DNA of 50,058 nt, filler included, from Diploschistes diacapsis (taxonomy: Eukaryota): the NCBI GenBank assembly GCA_023645945.1. It is 15 parts of 15 records of this genome, joined end to end, with 100 filler letters (N's around TTAATTAATTAA, not from the genome) between each part and the next. Parts side by side here need not be neighbours in the genome. Positions count along the whole stretch, not along the records: positions 2,207 to 20,028 come from JALAIB010000435.1; positions 20,129 to 21,131 come from JALAIB010004350.1; positions 21,232 to 22,234 come from JALAIB010004351.1; positions 22,335 to 23,336 come from JALAIB010004353.1; 11 more parts are not named here. The stretch is one strand, 5' to 3'. Shown in pieces: positions 11,347 to 23,235 of this stretch. The notes beneath the pieces are model-generated. The model saw nothing but the letters and a program-made list of their open reading frames with translations. It made no database searches and had not been told where the DNA came from. The position numbers were made by a program, and so were the translations under genes. Position 1 is the stretch's first letter. Every line of letters begins with the position of its first letter.

Positions 11347-13152
11347 ATGCTGGAAGATCTCAGTTTACTATTCTCATCCCTAACCCGGCTGACCGTTGGA
11401 GCTTTAACCTCGCTATTATTACTTCTTCTTCTTGTTGTAGCAATATACATCGCAGTCCGCTATATCAAGGATCTCAAGCTCCCACCAGGTACGTATCGTT
11501 AGCGTTCCATGTCAACTTGACTGTGCTGATAAGCCTTTGATGATAAGGTCCTCCAGGACTGCCCGTCATCGGCAATGTTCACCAAATTCCAAAGACGGGT
11601 GCTCATCATCATTTTACCGCTTGGGCCCGGCAATATGGTGGTATATTTTCCATCAAAATCGGTCCAGCCACAGCAGTCGTCTTAACGGACAGGCGACTAG
11701 TGAAAACTCTGATCGACAAGAAGTCCTCGCTTTACAGCGAACGTCCAACCTCCTTTGTTACCAATCTCATTACCCGTGGAGACCACTTACTTGTCATGAA
11801 GCATAGCGGGAGGTGGAGGCAAGTGCGCAAGCTTGTCCATCAACATTTCATGGAGGCTATGTGCGATAAACAACATGTTGTTCTTCAAGATGCCGAAGCT
11901 GTGCAGATGATCAAGGACTTTCTCATCCAGCCAGCCATGGGCGCGAACCACATGAAGAGATTCAGCAACAGCATCGTGATGAGCATCTGTGAGTCGATCT
12001 TTTACTTACCTCTGGCGTGCAGTGAACGTCTGGGCTCAGTTGTGCATAGTGTATGGCATTCGTACTCCCGTTTCGTCCACTTGGCACATGACCGAGCTCT
12101 ATGATATGATGGAACGCTGGTCAAAGATTACAGAGACAGGCGCAACGCCACCAGTGGACATCTTCCCCTTCTTGAAGCTTGCCCCGGAGTCATGGTTCGG
12201 TAACTGGATCTCTCGGGCCCGAGACGTCGGCAAACGTATGGATGCGCTATACGGCACCATGAGGAAACGTGTCGTGGCACGACGTATGGCACAAGGCAGC
12301 GGGGGGTCCTTTTTTGACAACGTGCTGGATGTGCAAGAGAAGCTAGGTTTCAATGACCATCTAATAAATTTCATCGGCGGCGTGCTGATGGAGGGTGGTT
12401 CGGATACAACGAGCTCAATGTTGACTGTTTTCCTTCAGGCAATGGCCAACAATCCAGAGGTGCAGCGAAAGGCCCACACAGAGATCGATTTGACTATTGG
12501 CGAAGACAGAACGCCACGCTGGTCCGACTTCAAGGATCTGCCATATATCAACCAGATTATCAAGGAGTGTATGCGTTGGAGACCTGTCGCGCCACTCGCG
12601 TTTCCCCACGCGCTTGCACAGGGTCAGTCTCTCATTTGCCACCTTTCTATTAGCGCTAACGTAATATACGATGCAGACGACATCGTCGATGGCTACCACA
12701 TCCCCGCCGGCACGACCATTATTATCAACGTCTGGGGCTTGCACCATGATCCATCATACTTCGTGGACCCCGAAAAGTTTGACCCGGACCGCTACGCTGG
12801 GAAAACAGCTCTTGCTCCGGAATACGCTGCTGGTCCCGACTATGCCAACCGAGACCACTACGTCTATGGCGCTGGGCGACGTATCTGCCCTGGTATGCAC
12901 CTTGCAGAACGGAATATGTTTCTGGCCATAGCCAAGATGCTGTGGGCATTCGATATCAAACCCAAGGTCGATCCTAAGACGGGTTTGAGGGCGGCTATTG
13001 GGACAGACCCGATCTTGGACTATACGGAGGGTTTTCTGGTGTGTCCTAAGGATTTCGTATGTGACGTACAGGTCCGGTCCGAACGGAGGCGTGAGACAAT
13101 CTTGAGTGAGTATGCCATGGCCGAAAGTCGCGTCTTCGCAAAATATGAATAG
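11347..13152 (+). CDS. Cytochrome P450, CYP619-like (PatH/PatI/YanC-type cresol hydroxylase), about 543 aa; introns 11489-11547, 11989-12049, 12623-12676
   Basis: TM anchor, LPPGPPGLPVIGN, TDRRLVK, DHLLVM, ETGATPPVD, FIGGVLMEGGSDT (I-helix), ECMR, PDRY and RDHYVYGAGRRICPG (heme Cys). Spliced exons total 1632 nt with no internal stop. Confidence 0.93.
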
Positions 13153-15299
13153 GTGTTTGCTGCCTTGAGAATCACGTGGAAGTGATCAAAAAAGTTCGAA
13201 AAGCTGGTGCCTAAATCTATGTTCATATTTTGAGAACGCGCCCGAAGACTTCTGTTGTATATGATTTTCAGACGCGTCCAGGAGCCTTCGGGAGGATCCT
13301 CATCATATAGGGCTCGTTAATAAAAAACACTTGGCCGCCGCCCACACGTGCAGGGCTTGATAGACCAGATTATCCTCTCTTCACAAAGCATGCTGTTACT
13401 ATATAAAGTGTATATAGTGACGTGACGTGGAGCCATTGTGCCTGTATATTCGGGGCCGGGTAATCATGATATCCTCTCGGTAAAACACAGATCTCTCTAT
13501 CTTGGCAGATGCTCTGCATAGAACTCGAGGTTATCTTAATGCTGTTCATCTTTACACTCAACTTCTTTACCAGATAGAAACAAGAACGTTCCATCTTCAT
13601 GATGCTTCAAGGTTTCCCAAAAGCATGCTGGCGGGGAGAAAAGACCAAGGGTGGGAGTTGCGGCGTGTAATATTCTGTAAATCTCGCCTTCCACTAACCT
13701 TTTAAACATACCCATAATAAAGCAGATCCGCCGAGCTCTATAAAAACACTCTGACGAAGGAGATGAAGAAGCAGACCGAGGAGAGGAAAAGCTAGGCCGG
13801 TACTCGAATGAGTATCTGGCCCTGTCGTCAAGTACTAAGCATGCCCAGCACGCTTTCGCAGTCGTGAATATCTCCTCGAAAGCTGCGGGCAGCTGAACGC
13901 CGTAGATATTGGTATAGGTCATCGCCTGGGGGCAGGTACGGAGGACGTACCGCCACGTCCGCACTGAACGCGGCTGGGTGGTCAAGCGCCGACTGGTTGT
14001 AATTGTAGATCAGGCACAGGTCTGGAACGAGCCTAGGCCAAATAGCGGCTGGTTTGTTAGGTTACGGAATCTAGCACATGCGATGCGCTTGTTAGTAAAC
14101 TGCCGTATCGTATGGTAGGATGTGATACGGAAAAGAGTATGCCCGAGGCCGGCGCGCCATCTATCTTTTCTCTTGTCCTCCTGTCATAAGAGAATCTCTC
14201 CCGGCAATAGGGAGTGAGGCGATTCGCGCGAAGATTTACACCTCAATCGGATAACCCCCCGAGGTCTCTGACCGCAGCGAGATCTTCCAGCTCGGCGGCT
14301 CGCCCACCGCCTCGTCGGGTCCATTCCACGCAATCGAGCGGGTTTCGCGACCGTTGGTGCCGTTTACCGTCGTGTAGCCTCCAAAGCCTGGGTTTGAAGG
14401 TTCCGAGTAGGGTCTGCCGCAGGTAAGACGAGCCAACAATGTTCCAGTATGGTGCCTGAATCACCACCACGTTTGCGAAGCGGAACGGAAGTCCGGTTCC
14501 TAGCCGATCGACAGAGGGAAAATGGATCGCGACGCGCTAAGAAACGCTTGTAAGGTCGTAGAGCATGACCACCAAGTTTCTTGTGCATTTTTCCTAGTTT
14601 GAACAGCGTCTGGCCTTTGTGACCCGGCCTCACGCCGATGTTCCAGTAGGCCTCACTCGCTTAGGCAGCCGATGGTGACCCCGGGAAAATGGCAAGCGGG
14701 CTCAAATAAACTAAATAGATTGAACGAAGGGTGTGAAAGAGAACATACAAGACAAGCGCTCCAGCAGCTACAGTGGACGGAGATAGGTGAACCCGGAACA
14801 TGTCTCGAGCAACTGGGAGAACATTTTGTGATAGGAAAATGCAAATCTTGGATCACTGCCCATGAACAAAAAACGGTCCAATACTTACATGACATTCCCA
14901 GTTTTTCCATGTCGTAAGAGACTCAACTGATTGCCCGTTTCTTGGACTCAATAGCTCGTGTAATAATTTGCTGAAGTAGAGCTATAAAGATCCGGCCGAA
15001 AACCCATAGAACGAGTGAATTATCGGCCGAAGTACAAAATCAGGAGAAAGTGGCTAGAAAGAGATAACCAACCACAGGCCTAGACAAAAGCCCTACTATC
15101 TGGCTGAAGTAAGGATGTTTAAACTATAGTCAGGGCCAAGTCGTCAGATGGGGTGACCACTAATCGAAGATGATGAAGGGCCTGTTAAAGTTTTCCAGCT
15201 GCTGAGAGTCGCGAGAGCTTGCGACATACGTAGCGTGGCTTCAAACTCGCGTCGCGGGCCATGGCTGATCTCAACGCCAGCTCTGACCAGCTCCGGTCT

Positions 15300-15915
15300 T
15301 CAATCATCTGTAGCAACAGTAACGCCGGTTTCCATGCGGGCCAGTTCATGGGGTGTATCGTTCCTTCTTGCCGTGTTGACACCATGTTCCTCCTACCGGT
15401 CTCCGCTGCGGTATGGAATACACTTACTCCAAATAACTGCAACTGTGCAGGCATATCCGGCTCCTCCGCCTCCCATGCCTTCCATACCAGAGTTGGTATA
15501 CATTGGGGGTGCTGCTTGGAAACTTGACGTTCCGCTACATCAACCGTCTCTACCTGAGAGTGCCCAAGAAGACCTTTCACCGCATAACCAAAGAAGGCGC
15601 CGCTGAGAATACTAGCAAGCTCTCAATCCTAGGCAAGTTCTTCTCGAGCCTCGAGCTATTCATTACCCGGGATATTGGCTGGAACTGGAAGGTAGGCGGT
15701 ATTTCCCGCAGGAAATCGCAGACTCGCGCACAATTCTGCGATCCTGCTTCTTTAAATGGGTTGCCATGTGCACTGCGTCGTATGTGATCGAGTGTTAGCT
15801 ATGGCATGGTTCTCGAAGGCTTCAAAAGTGTAAAGGATCCAGAATTGCGGAGCACACTTGTGCGCGTGGCAGGCAATGAAGTGTTCTTGTTATTTTTATC
15901 ATGCTTGCGCCTGCG
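15300..15915 (+). pseudogene. Membrane-bound O-acyltransferase (MBOAT/wax-synthase-like; YanI/MacI-type) 5' remnant
   Basis: Hydrophobic segments, then LELFITRDIGWNWKVGGI..RAQF, matching the RGIGWNW motif of fungal secondary-metabolite MBOATs. Frameshifts near 15505, 15737 and 15795; C-terminal half absent. Confidence 0.65.
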
Positions 15916-16671
15916 CTGATGGATTCGATGGAGCCATCTCAGTAGGAAACCTTCCTCGGCCTCCTAATCGGCAATTCGAGTTTCAAGGCTTCATGTGCTC
16001 AAGCAGAGGGATTTACAAGGAGCTCAGCAAGAACGGCCAGAAACCGCCTACATACTTCCATCCCTACCAGTGGGAAAATTTTCGCCTAGGCGAAGGCAAC
16101 TTGACCATCAATCTTGGCGGAATTCCTCGACATTTGACACCGGAAAGTGGAGTGATCGTTGTTGCACCCTGTACCCACCATGTTGTTTATGGAACGCCAG
16201 GAATGGAAAGAAACGAAGTGGAGTTCGTCATCAGAGCAAGCGATAACAAAGTGAATAACCCTGTTGTCCTGAACAAGGCCTTCTTCGAGAACTGGTATGT
16301 GGGTACCAGTAAGATGTTTTCCAGCAAGGGCAAAACCAGACTGATACAGATGCTCTCTGTATGCTTCTCCCAGGAATTAGCCATCTCATAAAGCTAACAA
16401 AGGGTTCGCATAGATGTTTAATGGAGAATGGGAATCTGTTTCGCCTCCGGTGTGAGCCTATATCGGCCTATTCCTCGGCATCGTGATAGGTCGCTGGGTT
16501 GGAGGTATGTTAGGTTATGCTCCATTCTACCCTGGGTGGACGACGGATTAGCAAGCAGCTTGCGATTAGATGGAAAAGAGCTGGTTCGAACGGCGGCTCG
16601 CGGCTCGCGATGCCCAAGAGAAATGCAGAAGGCGCATGAAGAAAGACACCGGGACTGGAAAGACACTGTGA
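15916..16671 (+). pseudogene. Cupin-type oxidoreductase pseudogene (PatJ/YanE/OpS7 family)
   Basis: FDGAI...PPTYFHPYQWENF..GEG.L...LTPESG...IRASD...LNKAFFENWY, then GIVIGRWVGGMLGYAPFYPGWTTD*QAACD*MEKSWFERRL. Three in-frame stops in the last exon, a frameshift after FFENWY, and no start. Confidence 0.8.
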
Positions 16672-18967
16672 GAATGTGAGAGGTGTTTGATTGAATGATG
16701 GAGAGAACAGTCCATCTGAAGCCCACACCGTAGTATAGTCAGCGCTCTCTTCTAGACTTGATCCATGCTTTATACCAGTATCCTGGGAAGTCCCTGCCAT
16801 GTCCAGGGCTAGTTTTCCTCAAGTTCGCATTGGAATGGCTCATATCCGATATACATGAATGTCTGTATGATGTCGAGGGCGATATGGATTATTAACACAG
16901 TGAATACCTCTCTCACCACTTATGTGTACACAAACACTTCGAAAGATGCTTCGGATTAGTCAAAATCATGATATTACGGGGGAGGATGTTGGCGGATCTG
17001 GTCCCGGTTATTCGGACCGTTAACTTGGCGCTGAATCATAATATTACCGGAAAAAGGTAACACCGCAAACGAAAAATAAATATAAATAATGGTCCAAATA
17101 ACCGCTGCTAAGCATCTTGGCCAGAAGCTTGGCTTCTTGTTGTATATACTCATGCTTGCTCTAACAGGGAATAGCTATCAACCTACAGATACAGAGTACC
17201 GGCGCCCATTGATTATGATACACCAAAGCCCAACCTGCCGGCTTTTAAGTAATCCTTGAAAGCGTTGTATTCTGGTGCTATACGGGAGCCAAAACTCAAT
17301 GTTACAAAATACGCTTGAAGGGCAAACTGGATCTTAACGAGAATATTAATGTCTCCATAAACATAGGACAACACTCTACTCTGTAATATATACGGAGCTC
17401 TAGGGGTCTCTCAAGCATGGCCCAGTAGGTGGCTTGAGAAAGCGAGGCTCGATGGTTGCAGTACTTTGAGCCACTTACACCTGTATATGCGGCAGTTGAA
17501 GCCAGTCTGAAACTTGCATCCGTCGGGACCGACAGCGGCTATGTGCATCACGGAGCCTCTCACTCAAATCATCCGCGCCTAATCCTCCCTGTTTCCTCAA
17601 GCCGAGGTAAAGTCCCCAGCTCGGAGTGACACGAGCGGAAAGAAAGTTTAATGGACGCCACTGAGCATAGACTACTTCGGGCGTTGATTGATAATGTTTT
17701 GTTAAAGATGTCTCGGGATAGAGAGTTGTTCCACACAACTGCTCGAGCTGATTTGTTGCCTCCATGTTACTTAGCTTCCGTTTAAGATAGCACGTCGCCC
17801 GCGATGCAGCAGCTGCCACGTTTTTCTGCAAGTTTGACAGCTAGGGTTCCGAACTCCTCGGTCAGGGCATTCTCATATCCGTGGGACAAAATTGCCTATT
17901 TCGTCTCGCCTCAAGTGGTAACGTTGAGATATATATTGAATATAAACTCGTAGCAATTCACTCATTGCTTCGTTTCAAAGCGCCAGGACTTCGCATACTA
18001 TTCACCGATAAATCTTGAGAACTTGCGATAGTACTCCATCACCAGCATAAGACCTTCATCAATCCTCAATAGACGTTAGTACAGACGAGTCAGTCTTCAA
18101 CATGTCACGTCAAGACCCGCCTTCCCCAACCCCATACCCTTCGGCACCTCCTCCAAGTCCGTCGAACCACTGGGACAACAGCTTGAGCAGTCATTCCAAG
18201 AGACAGACATCCCACGTAAGATGCCTAAAGAAATCTTAGATCCGACGAGCCATGGCTCACACCAATAGGGTGAGCAGATCAAGGGACTGAAAAACCTTTG
18301 TGCTCAATGAGTGCCCAATTGCCACGCTTAAAGAGATGGAAAAATAGATGAACATGAAAACGAAAGGATCACCGAAGGCGCTTGTACAGAGATCTCAAAG
18401 GAAAAAGGGTGAACGCGTTGCATCAACATCGAGTACTGCTTTCAGGTTGATTCCAAGCTAGTATGACCAAGGCAATGCACTTGGAGACGCAATAGTTAGA
18501 CTGAATAAAATACAATGAATCAGATCATGTTGTGTACATATGCATGTGACCAGCAATATGAATGCTTCCCAGAAGTCAACCCTTATGTAACCCTGAATAT
18601 GAAACGCTACAAGATCGATTGAATACGATTGAAGCGCGATTAACGACAGGTATCGATCTCAGAACCTCGTAGATGCAAGCAAAATGCTCACATATAAGCC
18701 ACCTTGACTTCATCAGCATTGTAGCTCCGAAGGCGATGAAAAGGTTCTGTAGAAGAAGAAAAGAAGAAGAAGAAGAAGAAACGTCGTGGGGACAACCTTC
18801 GACAATTATCGTACTACAGTCTGATTGGCCCGCGGGCCCTTCCACCGAGGTTCAACTTCATTGGCGTCACGAAACTTCAAGTTGCTCCCACCCGCTTCAC
18901 CATCATCTTCTCAAACACTATCCAGAGTAGTGCGGGCATTGTAGCTTGACATACGGCTCATTTCACG

Positions 18968-19728
18968 ATGCTCGCACAAAGGGTAGCGCAGCAATCGCTG
19001 CGAAGAAGGCGTAGGCGGATCCCATTAATCCCCATTCCCCCCTGACGTACGTGCTAAGCAGCTCGCAGTCGCCATCCAACGACCAGGAGCCTTCTCCGCT
19101 CTCGCCCTGAACAAATCCATCGCCCCCTCTACACCTCTCGCGATCCTCAATGGCAGCCATCAAAGACGGTATGCAGCCCCTTCCGTCCCGTTTCCCAGCA
19201 CCATTCCCCTCCCAAAAACCAAGAGACAAACAAAGAAAGGAAACCACTCGACTGACGAAAAACCCCCCTCTTCTCTTCGCCAACAGACTCGCCGCCACAA
19301 CAAACATCCCCCAAGATCAAGGCCACGACATCCTCGTCAGGCAGCGCCGCAACCGCCCCGTCTCCCCGCACCTGGGCATCTACCGGCCGCAAATAACATG
19401 GTTGGCATCGGCCTTCAACCGCCTCACGGGCTCCGTCCTTTCGGGCGCCTTCTACATCTTCGGCTTTGGCTACCTCGTCCAGCCGCTGCTGGGCGTGCAC
19501 ATTTTCGAGTCCTCGAGCCTGATCGCCGGCTTCGCCGCCATGCCGCTGTGGGCCAAGGTGCCGGTCAAGTTCACGCTGTCGCTCTTCTTCACCTTCCATG
19601 GCTTCAATGGGGTGAGGCATTTGATTTGGGATACTGGGAGGCAGTTCAAAAATCCGCAGGTTATTCGGTCGGGGTGGATTGTTGTGGGGTTGAGCGTGGT
19701 CTCGGCTTTGGGGTTGACTTTCTATTAG
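18968..19728 (+). CDS. sdh3: Succinate dehydrogenase cytochrome b560 subunit; introns 19011-19068 and 19169-19286
   Basis: MLAQRVAQQSLRR presequence, QRRNRPVSPHLGIYRPQITW...NRLTG and FHGFNGVRHLIWD, with three TM helices. Confidence 0.95.
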
Positions 19729-20239
19729 GCTTTGTAGTTGAAGCTGTGTGTTGCGTTTCAAGATTGTTTACATTTGATTGCTACTCGGTGCCTTCGCTGG
19801 ATGATCGCACTGAACCTTCATGTCTCGTTCAGGCACTGATCATATGGCGTACCCATCACAACCGGACTATGAACCTGCAACGCCGTCGCTATGCTTCGAC
19901 ATCGTAAATCCAAACGCATAAAAGGTATCGACCCCACAACGAAAGCACGGATTATCGCCCCCTCCCTCGCCCTCTTCCACCGCCCATGCCGCCCATACCA
20001 CCCATCAGATTCCCCAGCCCACCAAGATNNNNNNNNNNNNNNNNNNNNNNNNNNNNNNNNNNNNNNNNNNNNTTAATTAATTAANNNNNNNNNNNNNNNN
20101 NNNNNNNNNNNNNNNNNNNNNNNNNNNNATATTTATTTTTTAATAATTTTAGAATTATTATATTTATTTTTTACGTTTTTATTTTTTTATCGCGGTGTTT
20201 CGGTAAATTCACGATAATATTTCGATGAATTTACTACAA

Positions 20240-20475
20240 TATAATGTCCGTGGTAGTATCGTGTTTTAAAATTTTTGGCGGTAATGTCCGTGGAAGTGTC
20301 CGTGTTTTAAATTTTTTAACCGTAGTATCCGTATCCGTGCTTTTACTATAATATAATGTCCGTGGAAGTGTCCGTGTTTTAAAATCTTAGCGGTAGTGTC
20401 CGTGGCAGTATCGTGTTTTAAAAATTTTCTCGGTAGTGTCCGTGGAAGTGTCCGTGGCACGAAACGGCCAGCCTA
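20240..20475 (-). mobile_element. hAT-like transposon terminus (TIR TAGGCTGGCCGTTTCGTGCCACGG) with GTGTCCGTG subterminal repeats
   Basis: An identical 24-bp end is at 24929-24952. The tandem TGTCCGTG arrays lie inside the end and the flanks are unrelated. Confidence 0.6.
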
Positions 20476-20559
20476 GGATAAATACTGAAATATTAAAATA
20501 CTATTAAGGACCGTATCGGAATTTATGATTTTTAATAACCAAAACTAATCCTAAGAAGT

Positions 20560-21131
20560 ATAAAATAATAAATACGACGATATATATTAATAAAATGACT
20601 TATCGGGACGTCAATTTACCCCTTAATACGGATGATTTTGTAAAATCCTTCGCAACATAGGCCGTAGGTTCTTTAATGGACATATTTTTAAGATACGATT
20701 AGTATACCTTTTATAAAAGGTCTCGTAATCTTACGGCCTTTTCGACTCCCTTAGATCTATTAAAGAATACTATTTTGCTATAAGGAGATATTAATTCGGT
20801 CGGATAGTTTATACGAATAATAATGGTTATCTTTGTCGATCTTCTTCATATAGTTCAGCCCTTTTTTAACGATTTTAGAATTAAGGGCCTTAAATATACC
20901 TATAATGAAGAAAAAGTTTTGCTTAATATACGGAGATATATATTTAAATATATTTAGAATATCGATTAAACCCTTTATACGATAGAAATAATAGATGTAA
21001 TTGTTTCAAAAACGAAGTTATAATGATGCGTTAAAAAGTTAAAGATAGTAATCTATCTTTACACCCCGGAAAGACGCTTTCTAGAAACTAAGAAGGTCTT
21101 AAAAATAATAGATTAATCTATTCCTTAAGAT
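20560..21131 (+). mobile_element. RIP-mutated Ty3/Gypsy reverse transcriptase fragment
   Basis: DIFLRYD*...SRNLTAFSTPLDLL..TILL*GDINSV..F and QPFFNDFRIKG (degenerate xxDD motif). Stops are TAA/TAG-type. Confidence 0.8.
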
Positions 21132-21231
21132 NNNNNNNNNNNNNNNNNNNNNNNNNNNNNNNNNNNNNNNNNNNNTTAATTAATTAANNNNNNNNNNNNN
21201 NNNNNNNNNNNNNNNNNNNNNNNNNNNNNNN

Positions 21232-21700
21232 CGTTATAATTAAATCGCTAACGTCCGACGGGTTAACGACGATTATCTTACGGGATATTATTTTAAAATA
21301 TAACGCCTCCGATAATATTATATCCGACCGAGGGCCGATATTAACGAGCCAATATTAGTTTTAATTCTGCCGTATCATATAAGCGAGATAGCGCTTAAGC
21401 ACCGCTTTCCATCCGTAATCTGACGGGTAACTAAAACGTCAAAATTAAACGTTAAAACATTATTTCCGTATATTTTATTGCGAGGGCCAAGATGATTAAT
21501 TAGAGCTATTATTATTAATAAAATTTTCGTATAATGCTACGTATAATTCGACGATCAAAATAATCCTATTTTATACGTATTATAATTATAAGCCGAAAAT
21601 CTATTTTAATTTCGAGGTCGAAGCCGACGAAGGAAAAGTACCCGCTATTAAAGCGAAGGTTGACCGCATGTAAAGCCGCACGGGTCTAACTTATAAAAAA
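21232..21700 (+). mobile_element. RIP-mutated Ty3/Gypsy integrase fragment
   Basis: IISDRGPILTSQY*..FC...RLSTAFHP*SDG*LKRQN*TLKHYFR corresponds to IVSDRG/STAFHPQTDGQTERQNQTLE with CAA changed to TAA. Confidence 0.88.
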
Positions 21701-21761
21701 TATCAAGCATGCCTAAAAATAACAAAAGAAATATTTCGATTAGAAGCATCTACCCTATACG

Positions 21762-22234
21762 TGAAACGCCAGCGCAGGAAAGGATGCTTCTCTACCGGGG
21801 GCTGGGCCTGATCCGGAAGGATTAGATGTAGCTGGGCATCTGTAGGTAAAAGGTCTCGATTCGAAAAGCTGAAGAAGAAACTATTTAGGTGGGAGGAGGG
21901 CACCGTTAAATAGTGTGGGTGTTAGGCTTACCGGGGTTCGGGGACTACCTATCTACACAGCCACCCCCTGACCCTGCCGTGTCTTGGCAAGCACCTGGAC
22001 ATTAACCTTGCCGTGTCTTGGTAAGCACCTGGGCATTAACCCTGCCGTGGCTTGGCAAGCTTAGCTTAGCAGGTTCCTAAACTGGGCTATTTCATTATCC
22101 CTCTTTCTAGATACTTGTATCTTTTATAAACGCGATATTTTTTTTTTAGTCAATCTTTATCTCGATCTTTACTTTTTTTTCTAATTTATTTAAAAGGATA
22201 CCCGTTATTTTTTTATAATAAATGTTTCCGTCTC
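21762..22234 (-). mobile_element. LTR family A 3' LTR (21762-22094) with adjacent purine tract and internal 3' region
   Basis: On the minus strand AAAGAGGGATAA|TGAAATAGCCC...GCTGGCGTTTCA. The internal part matches 25655-25786. Confidence 0.85.
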
Positions 22235-23057
22235 NNNNNNNNNNNNNNNNNNNNNNNNNNNNNNNNNNNNNNNNNNNNTTAATTAATTAANNNNNNNNNN
22301 NNNNNNNNNNNNNNNNNNNNNNNNNNNNNNNNNNAATCGATAAAATAAATATTCTTATACGTTTAACATACGATTTAATTTTTAAAACTAAACCGAATAC
22401 TCGAAGACCTTTATACAATAATTTAAATAAAGATACATCGTATTAGTTCCGTGTTGATAACCGCGTTATCGATAAAATAGAATACTTTCGACGAAAAACT
22501 ATTATTATTAACGACCGAAAACATTTAAACCACATAATATTCGACGAATGTAAGAACTTTAAATATAAACTATTAAAACATAAAATAGAAACTTATATCC
22601 TTTACAAATAAATCGCTATAAACGTTACTTTTTAAACTTACTACGAAAACGTTCTAATAGACGAACAACACGAAGATTATCGCTTCCTATACGACTGCAG
22701 TAAAAAGAACTGTTACACTCATTACTACAGCCTAAAACGAAAACAGAACGGAAGAGATCCATTAACGTAAAATAAAGAAAACGTCACATCAAAGTTTTAT
22801 TTCGCTTTTAAGACGTGTCGAATTAAAAAACACGATCATCTTAATCACGCGATCACGTACCCAGCAAATTATTACCGCGATAAATATTATATAATTTTAA
22901 TTTATTACGACTGGAAACTTTAAACCGGTATAATTCGAAAACTTAATTTATTTAACAAAAATTTAATATATTTAAAGCATATACGACAAAATTATCGGTT
23001 TTATAAAATAATAAGCTGTAGATATCACGATAAAGGTTTTGATTTTATTAATAAACA

Positions 23058-23235
23058 TGTTGAGCAGGCAGGCAGAATGCATGGCTGGGAAGTTCAGCTG
23101 AACCTACTGGGGTTCCTGTTAATCCTAATCGGGAGTAATGCAAGTCTATAATACTTAATAGATCCTATTGATATAATAACTTATATATAGATTATTCCTT
23201 TTAATTAAATTTCTAGATATTTAGATTTTAATACA
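23058..23235 (+). mobile_element. Probable solo LTR related to the Copia LTR at 323
   Basis: Starts TGTTGAGCA and contains the GTTCAGCTGAACCT palindrome shared with the Copia LTRs. No TSD confirmed. Confidence 0.5.

Noticed and set aside
7200..18900. Starship or other giant mobile element carrying the relic cluster
   Set aside because: No DUF3435 tyrosine recombinase, and no convincing boundary direct or inverted repeats are visible.
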